From assembly GCF_009914755.1 (NCBI RefSeq), contig NC_060932.1: 64,000 nucleotides of DNA; one strand, written 5' to 3'. A model generated the notes under the pieces. It had not been told where the DNA came from and ran no database searches. It worked only from the letters and a program-made list of their open reading frames with translations. This DNA is from the human T2T-CHM13v2.0 reference genome, Homo sapiens. This document shows positions 12,711 through 26,479 of the stretch, one piece after another (within the stretch, counting starts at the first letter, position 1; every line of letters begins with the position of its first letter). Both the position numbers and the translations under genes were made by a program.

Positions 12711-13934
12711 AAGGGACCCTCACACACAGGCCTTATTCTCCCCATTTTACAGGGTCAAGAGAAGGAAAGAGATTTGCTCAGGGTTGCAGTCCAGTGAGGA
12801 GTGACACCCAGACTGGATCCTAGGTCTCCCAACCCGCAGTCCAGTCCTCTTTTCTCTCCAACACTTGGCCTTTTAGGAAACATTTCCCAGACTTCCATGC
12901 CACAATCCCACTAACTGGTTTGAGTTGAAAGCAGATGTTCTAGGAACTTCAACCCCTGAAGGCTGAGCTGCCACATATCAAACTTTCTCAGTAATTTCAA
13001 TAATTTAAATGGCAATGTTTATAGCTCAGAAACTCCAGGCCATCCCAAGACCCCTCAGGGGGCCACCCCGCCCTGGTAGGGCCCACCCCTGGTGAGTCAT
13101 GGCTGAGTCAAGGGAAGCTCTTTCAGGCCTGAATGCCTAGGAGAGTCCTGACCTCGCCCAGGGCAGCACCAGAAGCGGAGACTAAGCCAGCATCACTCGA
13201 TGGACACAAACCAAACTCCAGGAGCAGGAGGGTGTGGCTGGAGCTGGGGTGGGCTGGGGAGGTGTGGTGGCTGCGGACGTTGGCATGGGTGGGGGGGGTT
13301 CTCTCTGGGGAGGTGAGAGAGGTTCTGGATGGGACAGGGAAGCCTGGAGGCCCCCAGAAGATCTTGGAATCTCCTAACTCACTGGGGTGAGGCCCCAAAT
13401 AGCCCCCACACTACCTGAAATGCTTCACTTTAACTTTTCATTCACAGAGTGCCTTACTACCTTGTTCTAAAAAAAACACTGCACAACTATAATACACCAA
13501 ATAAAACATTTTTAAAGAAGCTGGTGAGGGGAGGGGTGGAATGAGTCAAAGGGGAAGATAAGAGCAGAGGAGTATGATGGAGCTGGGAGTGGGGACTGCA
13601 GGCACGAAGCCTGCCATGAGTGCCTCTCCACGTGATGGGGCGGTGGGTAAGCAGTGTACTGTTTACTCTTATAGCCTCCAGTGGTATGCTGAGTTGATCA
13701 CGACCCTCATACTTTCAGCCTTCAACACCCCAACACTCCTTATCTAGGAGCCAGGGTGAAGAGCACAGCCCCACCGTTCATGGATCCATGTCCAAAAGGG
13801 AAAAAACAGCCAGCTGTTCAAAGAAGCCCAGTTCTCCTGAGGTTGAGATCACACAAAGTTCACCCAAAATTCCGGAATGTCTGGTGAGTCCCCTTGGGGG
13901 GGATGCTGTGTAATGTAGGACATGACCCCCCCCG

Positions 13935-14435
13935 TGTGGCAGACTGTCACAATTACTACTTGAGACCATCATTATAACAGTTACTGCTGTTAGTAATTGA
14001 GACCGTCATTACGAGACTGAACGAAGGAGGACAAACACAGAAATGAAAACTTAAAACAAAAAAAAACTCTTTTAAAGAAAAGGGCCAGGGGAAGAAGAAA
14101 AGAGCTCCCTACTTCTAGTGAGCAAAGCAGTAGCCCTGAGCTTCTACAGCCCTTCGTATTATTGGGGAGTGAGAGCAGGGAGGAGGAGGTAACGATTGGT
14201 CAGCTGCTTGATTGATCACAGGTTCACGTTATTGCTAACAGGCTTCAGATTTGCCTAATCACAAGAAACACTTGTGCCTGGGTTGTGACTGCCCTCAGCA
14301 TTCCTTCTGAGCTGCAGACGCAGTTTGTCAGTTTGCCCAACATCCTGCTCTCATGAGAATAGTTTGCTGTTTACTCATATAGCGTCCAGTGGTATACTGA
14401 GTTGATCACGAACCTCACACTTCCGGCCTTCAACA
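13935..14435 (-). mobile_element. ERV1 solo LTR, LTR10-family-like
   Basis: The - strand begins TGTTGAAGGCCG…GATCAACTCAGTATACCACTGG; internal gagacc(a/g)tcatta repeats. Subfamily and left boundary uncertain. Confidence 0.7.
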
Positions 14436-14681
14436 CTCCAACACTCCTTACAGAAGCCCAGAACGAGGCTCATGGGCTGTTTCCTGTCCCACACTACATG
14501 CCAAGGGGCGGGAAGGCCCAGGGAAAGCAGAGTGGGCAGGAGAATCCATGGACCCCATTTGAAGACCCTTTGGGCCTTGGGTCCTTTTTAAAACAGGCCT
14601 TGGACAAATCATTTTAACTCTGGAGGCTCAATTTCCTCATCAATCAAAAGAAAATGATACATTTACAGAATGACTACAAGG

Positions 14682-14815
14682 GTCCCAGCTACTCAGGAGG
14701 CTGAGGCAGGAGAATGGCGTGAACCCGGGAGGCGAGGCTTGCAGCGAGCCGAGATCGCACCACTGCACTCCAGCCTGGGCAACAGAGCAAGACTCCATCT
14801 TAAAAAAAAAAAAAA
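14682..14815 (+). mobile_element. 5'-truncated AluY (right arm)
   Basis: AluY diagnostics (agaatggcgtgaacccgggagg, cttgcag), pure A tail, perfect 15-bp TSD AGAATGACTACAAGG at 14667-14681 and 14816-14830. Confidence 0.93.
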
Positions 14816-14834
14816 AGAATGACTACAAGGAAGA

Positions 14835-16200
14835 GCAAAATTACAAATATCAATGCATTATAAAGCCATAATAATTAAAATAGTGTGGTATCAATTAACT
14901 CAGGAATATACAGCTAGATCAATAGAATTGAATAGAATGACCCATGCATATATTGAAATAAAGTGTATTAAAATGTTGGCATTTTCAACCATCAGAGAAA
15001 GGATAAATGATGCAATAAACAGCTCACTACATGACGATGGAGTACTTGGGTATCCATACAAAAAAAAAAAAAATTACATGCTCACCTAAGTGGTAACAAG
15101 AGAAATGAAAAGTAACAGTAAGATATTGTTCTCCCATATCACACACAAAAATGTCAGTCACTATCAGGAGTTGGCTTGGTTCATAGGTAAACAGGTCCCT
15201 AGTGGTTGGCATATACATGGTTACATCGATATATAGAGTGAATTCTGTCAGTCTCTAGTAAAACAGAACATGTGCTGGCCCATTCACCTAGGATGTCACC
15301 TCTGGGAGCCTGTGCTCGAGAAGAATGGGTGAACAGGATGCTGTCTCAGTGCAGTGACTGAGAACAGCTGAAATGCCCAACAGGAAGGGAGTGGGTTGTT
15401 GAAGTGGCTTAAATCTGTGTGTATCAATAGCAAATGCCAAGCTGGGTGCAGGGGCTCAGGCCGGTAATCCCAGCACTTTGGGAGGCTGAGGCAGGCAGAT
15501 CACATGAGGTCAGGAGTTCAAGATCAGCCCGGCCAACATAGTGAAACCCCGTCTCTACTAAAAATAAAAAAATTAGCTGTGTGTGGTGGTGTGTGCCTGT
15601 AATCCCAGCTACTCAGGAGGTTGAGGCAGGAGAATCACTTCAACCCAGGAGGTGGAGGTTGCAGTGAGCCAAGATCGCCCCACTACACTCTAGCCTGGGT
15701 GACAGAGCAAGACTCTGTCTCATAAAAATCAAACAAAAAAAAATCAAAATACCAATTGCAAGAAACAAAAAAAAGCAAATTGCAGAGCAATGCATATAAC
15801 TATAATGTTAAAACCATTAAAAAATACAAATAAACAAAATAAAACTGTATGTGCTTTATATACACCTGCACGTAGAAGTCATAACAACGGGTTAGGGAAA
15901 TATACCCTTAACTCATAGTAGAGATTATTATGGGGAGGAGGAGCCAGAAGCAGCTTTGAGGGGTGGGGGTTGGTTAAAAAGGGCTTAGCCTTACCTATAA
16001 TGTTAGAATTTTCTAGAAGAAGAATCAATTTACTTACATCTAGCATACTTTTAAAAATAATATGGGCTATGAAAAACATAGAGGAAATTATGCTGAAATG
16101 TCAATAGCAGTTCGTTATGGTTCATGGGAATATAGATGACTGCTATTTTCTTCTGGGGAGAAATTTTTATTTTTCCTTTTTTTCAAATTTCCGACATCCA
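14835..16200 (+). mobile_element. Old L1ME-type fragments flanking an Alu
   Basis: Degenerate L1 ORF2/3'UTR motifs (tataaagccataataattaaaatagtgtggta). Boundaries approximate. Confidence 0.55.
15440..15750 (+). mobile_element. AluS element
   Basis: Full Alu dimer with A-rich tail. Confidence 0.93.
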
Positions 16201-18184
16201 AAAAGAAATGGGACAGAAACAAAAACTAAAGGATCTATTTTTTAAAAAAAATCTAAACATATGATTGAAAAACGATAAAGAAATACGTGTGCTGAGTGCC
16301 GGGTGTGACTGGTGCATGCCAGCCACGGCTGCTGCTTCATATGGCGGACTCTGGAGAAAACAGAGGACTTAACTGTGTCCTGGGACCTGAAATTCCCCAG
16401 TTAGATGGCTCGGGGTAAAGGATCACTCTCTTTTAAAAAGCAAACATTCTAGAAGGATCTATCTAGGAAGCCAGTGCTTGGCCTCCCCTAACTGGGTTTC
16501 TTTCCTTTGTGGTAGCCAGAGTGGGTCTCCCTGAGGTAAGGAAGCCTCATAAGATGTCCAAGTGCAAGGAGTAGTAGGATTAGGTGGAAGAGAGAAGGAT
16601 AAAGAATTCCCAAGCTGGAGACAGCCCTGTGGGATGGAGTGCAGGCTCCATGGGGTGGGGGCATGGGGTGCGGAGCACAGGCTCCCAGAGACCCCCCAAC
16701 AAGGGCTAATTGAACAAGGCTATGGGAATTCGGGTGGGAGCTGAAAAGGGAACGGGAGGGGGCTTTGAGTGCTTCCGCCAGAAAGAAGGGGATGGGAGAG
16801 GATGGACGCCTCCTTCAGAGAAGGGGCTGAGAGGAAGGAGGGGGTGGGTGGGCCTTGTTCCGAGCCCTTCCTGCCTAAGGCCTGCCCTTCTCCTCAGCCG
16901 TGGCCTTCAGCCACTTGCTCCTCCCTGGCAGGAAAAGCAGACCCTCAGCTCCCAGACCCTTAACTCCCCTCAGCTTTCCTCAGCTCCCAGAGGAGCTGCC
17001 TTTCCTCACCTGACTGCCTTGGGGACCGGCTCTGTGGTGGGCAAACAGGCCGGGCTGGGCAGGCCCAGGCCCAGGATAAGTCCAGGGAACGGAGGCCTCT
17101 TTGTCTTTGCGGATCCAGGCCGATGTCGCCCTTGGCCTCGGTTCCTCTCCTCAGGGCCTCCCCAGGGGTGGGTGGCCCCAGCTTTGCTCAGACACACTCT
17201 CCCTTCCCACCACCCCAATTTCTTTGTCACAGACTCAGGCCCTGCCTCCTCCCTGGCACCCCCACTCCAGCCCAAAACACCATCTCCCAAACAAGGCACA
17301 CAGGAGAGCGTTTTAGGTCTACATAGGGCTCTAAGCCAGAGGCTGCCTAAGTTCCCACCCTGTCGCTCAGGCCAAGGCAGTGATCCCCCCAGGAATGGTT
17401 TTAAGGCCCTGGGGCCCCGTGTTCCCTTCCTTGGCTCTATCCTCCCCCACCCCGGCTCACATGAATCTCCAGAAACCCAGGTGCAAACACCTGGGCTCCC
17501 AGAGGCTTTGGAGGGAGGTGGGGCAAGTCATAGAATTTTCCCAAGTTGTCCTATGTCTGAGCAGAAAACACTTGCACAGGCCTGGCTCCTGGCTCAGGGC
17601 GGAAGGCTGTGGGAGGATAAACGCCGCCATCAAGCCTGGGCAGGGACTCATATTTGCTACCAGCACTGGGTGCTAGGGAGGTTGGTGAGTCCACGCCCAG
17701 CTTCCCCTGTGGCCTGGGGGCACCTCGTGAAGGGATCTGAGCCTCTCTGTCTATAGAAAGGATGCGTCAAAGTTTGTCAAAGTTTGCCTTTTGCCGATTT
17801 CCCGAGAAAGAAGATGGAATCTTCTACAACTCCATTTTAGCTCCTTAGAAAAGAGGCAAGATCACACAATCCCATTAAAAACAGTGGGGAGATCCATGCC
17901 TGTCCTTCTGTCATTGACTGGGGATGGGGGAAAGCCGGGGGGCGGGGGTGGGCACTGGTGGCCACATCACATCAGCAGTGAACTAAGGGTGCTGCTTCCT
18001 CTGGCCTCTCCTTCCTCTCCTCCTGCTTCATTCCTAAGGTTGGAGAGGACAAACGGCTTGGCTCACACACCACCCAGCCCGGCACCAACTACCCATCTGG
18101 AACATTCCTGGCTTCCCTGGGTTGGCTCATCTCCCACCCATTCCTTCTTCAACAGAGGAAACTAAGCAGAAGGGTTATTGAGAA

Positions 18185-18500
18185 TGCACGCTCATTCATT
18201 CATCCATTTGTTCACTTGTAGAAACATCATTGATTACGTACCCACTGCATTCCAGCCCTGCACTAGGCACTGGGAACATTCCTTACTCAAAGATGAATAA
18301 GAAACCACCCCTGAGCTCATAGGACTCGTAGTCTACTGGGAGGATAACCAAGAGGTCTGCGTCCACAGGGGTGAGTGTGGGAGTGGCAGGTATCCCAGGT
18401 GATAGGGAAACACAGGTGAAGGGCAGCAATTTGAGTTGGGGGAGGGGACATAGAGCAGGGGAAAGGAGCTAGAATCAATACATTTAGGGAAAGATTAGAG
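18185..18500 (-). mobile_element. L2 3' fragment
   Basis: tcattcattcatcc start and ccctgcactaggcactggg motif. Confidence 0.6.
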
Positions 18501-19509
18501 AATCTGTGTGTTCTAGGACCTGCAAATAGGCACATCTGACCTGATTGAGTCAGATCATATAATTGGTACTGGATATGTTTGTATGGGTGTGCTTGTGTGG
18601 GGTGGGTTTTTAAAACGTAATGGCTCTTCTGATGGCAAGAAGACTTTTGCAGGAGGTTCAGAAGGAGTATGATGTGTAAAAGGTTGGATCTCAACTGTAT
18701 TTTAATCTTGGCTTCTGCTTGATTTCTTTTGGGCCTCATCTGATTTCTTTTAGACTCTGAGATCCTAGAAGCCTGAGTGACTTGCGCAGCTGAACATCAG
18801 GGTGAGAAGGCCCAGCTGGGGGTGGGGTGAGGTTGAGAGGCTTTTATGCAGACACTCTAAAGTATTTGCAATTGCCAACAGATCGTTTTTCCTCTTGGAA
18901 AACTTCTAAGAAAATCCAAGTCCTTCAACTCTGTGAGCATGCACAAGGGTGCAGAGAGGCCCATAGGGAAACCGAGTAGGAAAACTGAGGCCAGGCTGGA
19001 GGGGCACAGGGAGGGGGTCCCAGAGGAAAAGCCGAGGAACCTGTCCTAAGGTGGGGGCACCACGGTGGGCCTTGGCTGCAGAACTGTTAGCCCCAGGCTG
19101 GTCTGGCCCTTCCTGCAACCACTGGACTGCCCAGTCTGCTGGATCAAGGCCTTTATGAGACAGTAAGAGGGGAAGAGTCCTGCTCATTTGTTTATTCTGA
19201 CAGTGTCCAGGGGACTCCCATGGGCTCCTCACTCCAGGACACTTGGCTGCTGGGCAGAGTGCAACCCACTCTGAACCTTTCTCTCTTCCCTTCCTTTTGC
19301 CTTCCTTCTCCCTCTCCCCTCCCCTCTCCTTCATGTCGCCTTCGCTGTTGATGTTATTGTGATTCTTCTTCTTCCTCCCCCTCCCCCTCTGCCTCCTCAT
19401 CTTCCTCCTTACCCCCTCCTTTTCCTCTCCCTTTCTCCTTCCTACTCCCTGTCTCCTCCCCGTAAGCCTATGGCGTCATCCCACAGAGCCATTTGTCCAG
19501 GAGGGCTGA

Positions 19510-19627
19510 TTGTGAAACATTTTGATCAGACCATGAAACATCAGTGGGTTCTTGCAGAAGTGATTTCTCTGTGTGTTCATCAGTCTGTCCTCTGCACTGT
19601 GGCTTCTCGCATCTTCCAGGACCCTAG
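19510..19627 (+). other. FAM167A: Probable distal alternative non-coding first exon of FAM167A
   Basis: Strong donor TAG|gtaagc at 19627/19628, preceded by a pyrimidine tract (19270-19460). Agrees with my recollection of an isoform starting about 8 kb upstream of the main TSS. 5' end approximate. Confidence 0.5.
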
Positions 19628-19964
19628 GTAAGCCCATCTCTGGGTGCCTGTATTGATTTTTCTCTTCTTTTCTGCCTCTAGTTCTGTCTGTGAAGCAGAA
19701 ACCAAGTCTCAATCCTAAGATGTGAACCATAGCCTGGCAGCTGACCAGGTTGGAGTGGCTTGCTGCTTTCCTGGGCCAGGAAGTGCTCTGGAGTCTGTGC
19801 CCAAAAACTGTGGCTGAACCACGGGGCATGTTTGTCTGTTCCATGCGCCGTCCTGTTTTGCTGGTGTCAGGTTCCAAACAGGGCTACCTCATGCTCTGGG
19901 AAGACAAACAAGGCAGCTAAGATATCCAGGAATGCTGCCAGTTTGCTTGTTGAATATTTGTTCA

Positions 19965-20398
<434 letters not shown>

Positions 20399-21685
20399 CC
20401 ACCATTCCCTGTGTGCTACTCCCTGTCTAAGACTGTCAGGCATTTTCTAGGCGTTAATTCTAATCCTCACAGTGAACTTCATGGTAGCTCTTGGTACTGC
20501 CAATGTGTAGAGGAGGAAACTGAAGCTCAAGAGACTAAGGGATTTGCCCAAAGCAGCCTGACAGCAAGGGGCAGACCCAGAGATAGAACCGCACCCTGCA
20601 CTGCGTACACTTCCTCCCCACCTCCCTGGCCAGGATGGGGATGGGAAAGAAGGTGTGCGTTCTTTTTGTTTGAACATCTACGTGGCAGTGGGTTAGAGTT
20701 GATTTTAGGAGAGAAGTTACGTATAAGGGAGGCTTTGTCCTCAGTATCTCTTCGGGGTACAGTTGTTGAAAAGAGGTTGAATATTAAGAGCCCAAGTCCC
20801 GTTTCCCCAAAAATCCCCCCCAGCACTGGTGAATGACAGGCAGTCCTTCTCTTTTAGCACCTTGTTTCACTCCTGCCTCCAAAGCCTGCCTCATGTCTCG
20901 GCCTTCCTGATGACAGAATGATCATCCCTGTATGCAACAAGCTTCCCCCCACACCAGTGTTCATCAGTCTGTCGTCTGCACCTTGGTTTCTCAAGGTATC
21001 ATCAGGGATTGGCCGATGGAGATGAAATGAGCCCCTGTGTCCTCGCTCCTGCATCACTGACGTTGCCGTGGGCTATTGAGTTGGAGAAGACATTGGGCTT
21101 CCCTGTCCTGGCTTCCATAAGGGGCAGAGCTCTACTGCAGGTCCTGGTCTTGCCTGCAGGTCAAGGGCCACCTCACCCTGAGTTCAAGCAGGCTCTTCCC
21201 CAGGATGGGGGTGCCGCCTTGTTCCTGAACATCCTGGGCTGGCTCTCATCCCAGCCTCAAAACCAGCCTGTTTCTTTTATCTTGCTGGCCTTGATTTATA
21301 GTAACTGCCAGACACCACTAATTGACAGTTCCTGGTCCGGCCTCCTGCCTCTGCCCAGCAGGATAGAGTCTATTCAGCAATTGCAGAGTGTCATGGAATC
21401 AGGGGTCAGAGGATGGCAGAGCTGGAACCACTCGTTCTAGTGAAAAGAAAGCCATCCAACCAAAGGAAGTGATTTGACAAAGTTCCAGTTAGTAAAAGAG
21501 CCCACCCTGGAACCTGGATCTCCTGGCTCCTACTCAGGGCTCTTTCCATTACTCAAAGTAGCCAGGCTCACTGGGTGAGAGGACTGCTTAGAATCACGTC
21601 TAGAAGGCTCTCCCCTGCCCATCAGGGTTTCCGGTCTTCTGTTGTTAGTGGTGACATTTCTGGTGCCCTTCAAATGCTGTGCATG

Positions 21686-21832
21686 CAAGAATCGCTAGAA
21701 CCCAGGAGACGGAGGTTGCAGTGAGCCGAGATCACGCCACTGCACTCCAGCCTGGGCAACAGAGAGAGACCTTGTCTCAAAAAAAAAAAAAAAAAAAAAA
21801 CCCAAAAAACAAAAAACAAAACAAAACAAAAA
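21686..21832 (+). mobile_element. Strongly 5'-truncated AluS
   Basis: About 95 bp of right arm plus A/CAAAA tail; perfect TSD CAAATGCTGTGCATG at 21671-21685 and 21833-21847. Confidence 0.92.
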
Positions 21833-23899
21833 CAAATGCTGTGCATGTTCAGGAGGCCTCCTTCCAGCTGTCACCAAGGATGTGCTGGTGCTGGGCATTC
21901 CACAGCATATTCTAGAAGATGTTCTTACAAGTGTTCACAAGATAAAACAGCAAACTCCACAAACTCAAAGACATCACAATGGAGAGGGGCAGGATACGGG
22001 AGGTGATCGCTCATGTCTGTGTGCGGTGTGCTGCGTAATCTGCTCCTTAAACAAACCAGCAAGAAAGGCTCAAATCAGTCCCAGCCTGACATTTGAGAGG
22101 CCCAAAGTGAATGCACAAAGGGAGGCCCACATGCCGTGTCTCTAAATATTTGAAAGTTATAAATCAAGTTAATAAACTGGAAAATAGGTTTCGTTCTTTC
22201 CTACTGCCTTGACAAATATGCCTTTATAACAACTTCAAAAGCAAGGCTCTGATTTGCATCCTTGGACCCTTGAACAAAGAAGGGAGGTGGGAGTGAGGCC
22301 TCAGGCCCCACCTGTGGCCCCCCTCTTACTTTTCCCACCCAGAGCTTGGACAGGGGAGCAGCTCAGCCTGAGAGCGCAGCCTTCATCCAAACCCCATAGA
22401 CCAGGAAGAGGCCACACAGGCCTGAACGTGGCCCATCTGAGCAGGAGATCCCTGGGCCCTAGGTCCCAGGTGGAAAGGAGGGAGTGGATTCTGAGAGGGC
22501 ACCCCCTGACCCCCGGCCATCTTGCCTGGAGAAAGCGCAGGGCAGGGTTCTCTAAAACCCAGCCCAGGCAGCCCTCTCGCTCACGGATCAAGGCAGTACT
22601 ATGAACAGTAAAATCATTTCCATCTTATTGATGATGTAACTGTAGCTCAGAAAACTTAAGTGACCGCCCATGGTACATACTAATCACCAGAGGAGCTGGG
22701 ATGCAACCCGGGTCTGCCTGACTCGTGGTCCCCTGCTGTCACCACCTCTATTGCCGTCCCAATGTCATCATCACCTGGGACATGCGGGGGGCCTCATCAC
22801 CTTGAGCCAGCAGAAACACAGAAACAACCTCTGTGTGGGCCTCCTGTCTCAACCCCTCACCTGCCCAGCTCTTCTGAGCTAGGAGAGCCGTGATGCGCTC
22901 CTTCCTCATCCCCTGCCTTTGCAGTTGCGCCGAGCCCTGCAGCTGTGCCCTTGTGCCCGCCACTCCTCACCTCGGCCGCTGAGCAACCTCCTGCTCTGCA
23001 CAAAGCCTCCGCACATGCCCTTCCAGATGCAGTTCCCTCTGCTGCCTCAGAGTGGGCACCTCTCCTAGCTGAAGCCCACTCCTCCGCCTCACCTAGGCTC
23101 AGGTGGAATCTGTCACCTCCCTACTCCAGCACTAAGGTGGACGCTCTGTGTGGTGACTGCTCTGTTAATTATCTTCCTACCAAAAAGCCACGTGCGCCAC
23201 ACTCCCATGCCTAGCCCCCGGGTGGCACAGAGCCAGCCGCCCCTAAATGGAACTAACAGGTTCCCTAGAAGACAGAAAGCTGGCCCTCATTGTCCTTCTG
23301 AACTTCAGCCTGAATCAGCCTCTTCTGAGAGATGAGAGCAGGGAGGAGCCATTGCAGCTGAACATGCCTAAGACAGTCACTTCCCGCTTCTTCTTGAAAC
23401 TCTGGGCCCACGGATGGACAAGTCCCTTCACAGGAAAACAGCAGAGACCGGTGGACTCTGGCCCTGGGCTGAGAGTCTTCATTGCTGCCTGGAGCAGGGC
23501 AGGGATGTCGCCACCCTTAGTGTCCTCTGTCCCACAGAGCCCAACAGAAATTTCATCCTTCCTTGTCTTGTATCCCTAGAATCCAGGAATCGCCTTCAAG
23601 TAGCTTATAGACTCAAAAGGGATCAGGAGAGACTGATTTAGAGAGGGCTTTGTGCCCTGAGAGTGACAAGAGAGCAGAGTCTGGTTCCAGCTGTGCATTT
23701 GGAGCTCCCCTCGGGGGAAGGCCAGTCCTCACGAGGTCTGCCAGGCCCAAGGGCTCTGCCGCAGCACCTGCCCTGCCCTGTCTCTGATGTCATCTCCCAC
23801 CCATGCTCTACTCCCTGCCTGCTGCATTCTGGCCTCGAGGCACCCATGCTGGCCCCTGATTGTGGCAGGCACGTTTGTTGGCCCAGGGCCTCTGCACTG

Positions 23900-24275
23900 A
23901 CCCTTTCCCTATAACACCCTTCCCCGAGACACCACAAGACCCCCTCCATCGTCTCCCTCAAATCTTTGCTAGAAAACCACCTTATTAGCGAGGCCAGCCC
24001 TGCCTACCTTGCCTGAAAACGTGCACACTCTTCCCCTCCTCTGCCATTACTTCCAATCCAAGTCTACAATTCTGTTTTTCTATCACTCACAATATTGCTT
24101 ATTTACTTAGCGTATTTGTCGGTCATCGTCTGCCTGCTTTCCTCTGCTAGATTATCAGTTCTCAAGGGCGAGGTCCTTCATCTAACTTGTTCACTAACAT
24201 TTCCCAAGAGCCTAGAACAATGTCTGGTATTTAGTGGTACTAATACGTATTTATTGAACAGATGAATAAACGAAT
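23900..24275 (+). mobile_element. L2 3' end
   Basis: cctagaacaatgtctggt…tatttattgaacagatgaataaa terminus. Confidence 0.65.
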
Positions 24276-24312
24276 TGGGAGAAATTCTGAAAGAATATTT
24301 TAAGTTTAAATC

Positions 24313-24314
24313 TT

Positions 24315-24357
<43 letters not shown>

Positions 24358-24658
24358 TTTTTGAGACAGGGTCTTGCTCTGTTGCCCAGGCTGGAGTGCG
24401 GTGGTGCAATCATGGCTGACTGCAACCTTCAACTCCTGGGTTCCAGCAGTCCCACCTCAGCCTCCCAAGTAGCTGGGACTTCAGGTGTGTACCACCATGC
24501 CCAGCTGAGTTTTCTTTCTTCTTCTTCATTTTTTTTTTGTAGAAGTGGGGTCTCACCATGTTGCCCAGGCTGGTCTCCAATTCCTGGGCTCAAGCAATCC
24601 CCCTGCCTCGGCCTCCCAAATTGCTGGGATTACAGGTGTGAGCTACCATGCCTGGTTG
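24313..24658 (-). mobile_element. AluJ with (TTTA)n tail
   Basis: Antisense Alu dimer preceded by about 12 TTTA repeats. Confidence 0.92.
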
Positions 24659-26479
24659 GGCATTTTTCTTGACTCATCTATTTCACAGCTTCCTGTAGGA
24701 TTATAAGAGGCAATGTCTCATGCATCATGCACCAATGGAAAGAAAACTTCTCGTAAGGAATCAAAGGGAAGAGAGAACCTCTAGGTGGCCTTGCCTTCTC
24801 TGGCCCACCCAGATCCTCCCACCATCACTGGGTTTCAGTGTGCCTGACACAAAAGGAAGTGCCATCAGAAACACCAACACAGTGCCATCTTCCCTTTTGA
24901 GTAGTGTTTCTTGATGTTTCTCATTACAAAACGATTCATTGTAGAAAACGAATGCAGGCTTACAGAAGACATTTTAAATCCTCCATTATCCTGCAGCCCA
25001 GAGATAACGACAGCTAATATTTGCATACACTCTTCCAATCTTTTTTCCATGCATACATATGAATTAGATATTGGAATGAGAAGTTTCATAATGTACACAG
25101 GATTTGGTGTCCCAGTCTTATTTACTTAGCGTTAAATCGTTAGTATTTTTCTATATGATCAAATAGCTTTTGAGAATATTATTTCTATGGCTACATACCA
25201 TTCTGTGCTAACTCATTTATTTGAGCACTCCATATGATTTCACTTTGGAGTTGAGGCTACTCCAACCAAGACTGCTCTTCCTCCTCCCCTTCCTCTTTCC
25301 TCTGGCCCACTCTCCTCCTGGTCCCCATCACTGATTACCCTCCTGCCCGCAGACAAATGCCAGGCAGAATGGGAGCCACAGGGCAAGACACCACCCTTGC
25401 CTTGGACAGGCTGCCTGTCCATTTGAGGCATGCCACAATTCCCCCATGAGAAAGCATCTGCACTCCCAGAAATAGAAGCCATAGGTCAAACAGGGAGCCA
25501 GGAGGTAGAGGTGGGACAAAGCATTTCCAGATGGGGCTGAATGGCCCATCCAAAAAGATCTTGGAGCATTCACCACGTGCCAGGGCCATGGGCACACCAG
25601 TGAGCAATGCAGCCAACTAGGGCTCAGCACCGGGGCTGAACAGCCAGCACCCAGAAGGATGCTTTATCCCCAAGTCCAGATTGAGGCTCCTGCTTGCAAA
25701 CATGGTTCATGCCCTTCCGGAGCCTACTGCCTCAGAGGGAGACACATACTAATCAAATAACCTCACAGGTAAACTTGGAATTATAACTGGTCCATGAAGG
25801 ACATAAGGCAGGGGGCTGCCAGCACCTGTAACCTGGGGTTCCCTTAGGAGGCAGAGCTGCAGCAGCCTGTCGGGAGGAGCAGGTGCACAATGGGACTGGA
25901 AGAGGGTCTGTTGTCTGGGGAGCAGGGTCTGTGCAAGACAAGGCCCTAGAGACGGACAGAGGCCAGCCAGGCCCCTGCAGCCAAGCTAGCTCTTAATCCT
26001 CAGAGGACTGGGGGCGTTGAAGGCCTTTAAGCAGAAGCAGCTGAGACTGGATTTCCATTCTTAAGAGTTTCCCCTGTTTGTGGAGGAGTAACTGGCTTGG
26101 GAGGCGCTGAGAGAGGGTAAAGGGAGATCAGTATGGAGACTGCGTGCACGCTTGGACCCGGGTGGCAGGTCCCAGAACTGGGTAGGGCAAGCTGCTGGTG
26201 GCTTGGGTAGGGACAGTGGCAGCGGGCAGGAAGAAGGAAGGAGTGATGTTTAGGAGCTGGAATCAGAAGATCTGGATCAAGGCTGTGACTCTCCAAAAGA
26301 TGCTTGTTAATACACCCGCTAGCTTAGGACCGTTCCCTCATTAGCATGACTAGGTCTGTACTGGCAAGATGTCTCCTTAGACGACGTCCCTCAGAGGACC
26401 TTCCAGTGAAGGTCAGAAAGGAAGGGAGTAGGTCAGGGCTGGATGCGGAGTTGCAGTGAAGGACGCGGGCACCAGAGGG

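Noticed and set aside
16710-17756. 348-aa ORF
   Set aside because: Non-ATG start in the track, Pro/Gly/Leu-rich composition typical of GC-rich non-coding DNA, and no recognisable domain.
25623-25645. REST/RE1-like TCAGCACC half-site
   Set aside because: The right half (GGACAG) is absent at canonical spacing.
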